This document shows positions 63,274 through 64,000 of a stretch of DNA of 64,000 bases, piece after piece. This stretch comes from a virus. Position numbers and translations under genes: made by a program. Numbering within the stretch: position 1 is the stretch's first letter; each line of letters starts with the position of its first letter. The notes under the pieces are model-generated. The model was not told where the DNA came from, did no database searches, and worked only from the letters and a program-made list of their open reading frames with translations. The stretch is from IMG/VR virus record IMGVR_UViG_3300027865_000007. One strand, given 5' to 3'.

Positions 63274-63680
63274 TGGCATTCCTACCATTTGTAATCCCAC
63301 CCAAGCCAAGCGGAGGGCTATCCTTTACCGCTGGGCCTGGAAGAAGGATTTACGTGAATAAGAAGCCCTCCAAGATTGCCCACATAGGGATTGGGTATAC
63401 TCTTCCGACCTATATAGCTATGATAATTGATCCTAATGATCCCGTCCCGCCGGACGGAGCTACTATAAGGTTCGAAGCCGATGATGGGGCCTGCCAAATG
63501 GCCGTCTTGGAGGCGCACGACATCAAAGTCAATGTTACTCTTATCACCTCCACCCAGGTCGACTGGTGGAAGTGGGAACCGTCATCAATTGGTATCGCTG
63601 TCCTAAGAAATGTCAGGGTAGCACCAGCTGACGACCCGAAAGATAGAGATCCTTTCGATCTACTAAAGAAGCTGGCCTAA
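63273..63680 (+). CDS. hypothetical protein with WWKW motif and C-terminal tail DPFDLLKKLA
   Basis: VDWWKWEPSS ... DRDPFDLLKKLA. Confidence 0.5.
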   Translation: MAFLPFVIPPKPSGGLSFTAGPGRRIYVNKKPSKIAHIGIGYTLPTYIAMIIDPNDPVPPDGATIRFEADDGACQMAVLEAHDIKVNVTLITSTQVDWWKWEPSSIGIAVLRNVRVAPADDPKDRDPFDLLKKLA

Positions 63681-63682
63681 TA

Positions 63683-64000
63683 TGATTCTAGTCCTATCTG
63701 ATATTCATGTGGGGCGCCGGGGCGCCCATTGGAGAGAGGCTCTCCACCTGATGAGAGACCCCAAGTGGGAGAAGATCATCATATGTGGCGACTTTTTCGA
63801 TCTATGGTACAGACCTACAGTTGTCCTGACGTTAGTCCTCCTCTTCCTGAGCCAAGACTTGGCCAAAAAGATCGTCTACGTGGTTGGCAACCACGACGAG
63901 GACATAGACGATCTGCTTCCTACCGGCGAGCTATTCCAAGAGGTCACCACCTGCTATAAGATGGAGATCGACGGGAAGAGGTTTATCTTTGTCCATGGGC
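63683..64000 (+). CDS. calcineurin-like metallophosphoesterase (3' truncated at window end)
   Basis: MILVLSDIHVG ... CGDFFD ... VVGNHDED ... VHG; ORF open to the end of the window. Confidence 0.55.

Noticed and set aside
1-64000. CRISPR arrays, IS elements or transposases, integrase or attachment-site signatures
   Set aside because: No regularly spaced direct repeats, no transposase/integrase-like ORFs and no terminal inverted repeats were seen. The tRNA genes sit within collinear phage genes rather than at an obvious insertion boundary.

Overview
The window appears to be a contiguous piece of a large dsDNA bacteriophage (or phage-like mobile element) genome with a bacterial host. All convincing genes lie on the + strand and are tightly packed with Shine-Dalgarno sites and overlapping ATGA/TAATG junctions. 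It carries a bacterial-type RecA, a DnaE-type polymerase, a T7 gp4-like primase-helicase, an ATP-dependent DNA ligase, a family-4 UDG, a Cas4-like nuclease, HNH endonucleases and an intein-bearing class II ribonucleotide reductase. There are four + strand tRNA genes.

Features I think deserve attention:
- **MVP homologue:** a clear homologue of the eukaryotic major vault protein (MVP repeats, shoulder and cap-helix regions), truncated at the window start.
- **Shared C-terminal tail:** a family of small proteins, several ending in a near-identical peptide DPF[DN]LLKKL[LA]. This looks like a shared targeting or docking signal; cargo for a vault-like particle is one possibility.
- **Unusual tRNAs:** a tRNA with anticodon CUA (amber suppressor), even though TAG is a common stop codon here. 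Also a serine-type class II tRNA whose anticodon reads GAA (Phe).
- **RNA/tRNA repair theme:** an Rnl-type RNA ligase, a Thg1-like 3'-5' polymerase, a PTH2 peptidyl-tRNA hydrolase and a pol-beta nucleotidyltransferase.
- **Split dnaE:** the polymerase is encoded as three separate ORFs (PHP domain, core, C-terminal OB/HhH part). The first two pieces lie 11 kb apart, with an HNH endonuclease right after piece 1.
- **Pyrimidine-nucleotide gene set:** two tandem dCMP/CDA deaminases, a short ThyA-like enzyme, an NT5C-type deoxyribonucleotidase and a MazG-partner-like domain. This resembles phages that replace or hypermodify thymidine.
- **Other:** a split HldE (ADP-heptose) pair, a Whirly-family ssDNA-binding protein, a WGR-domain protein next to an AAA+ ATPase, and four calcineurin-like phosphoesterase paralogues.

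No CRISPR array or transposon was seen.
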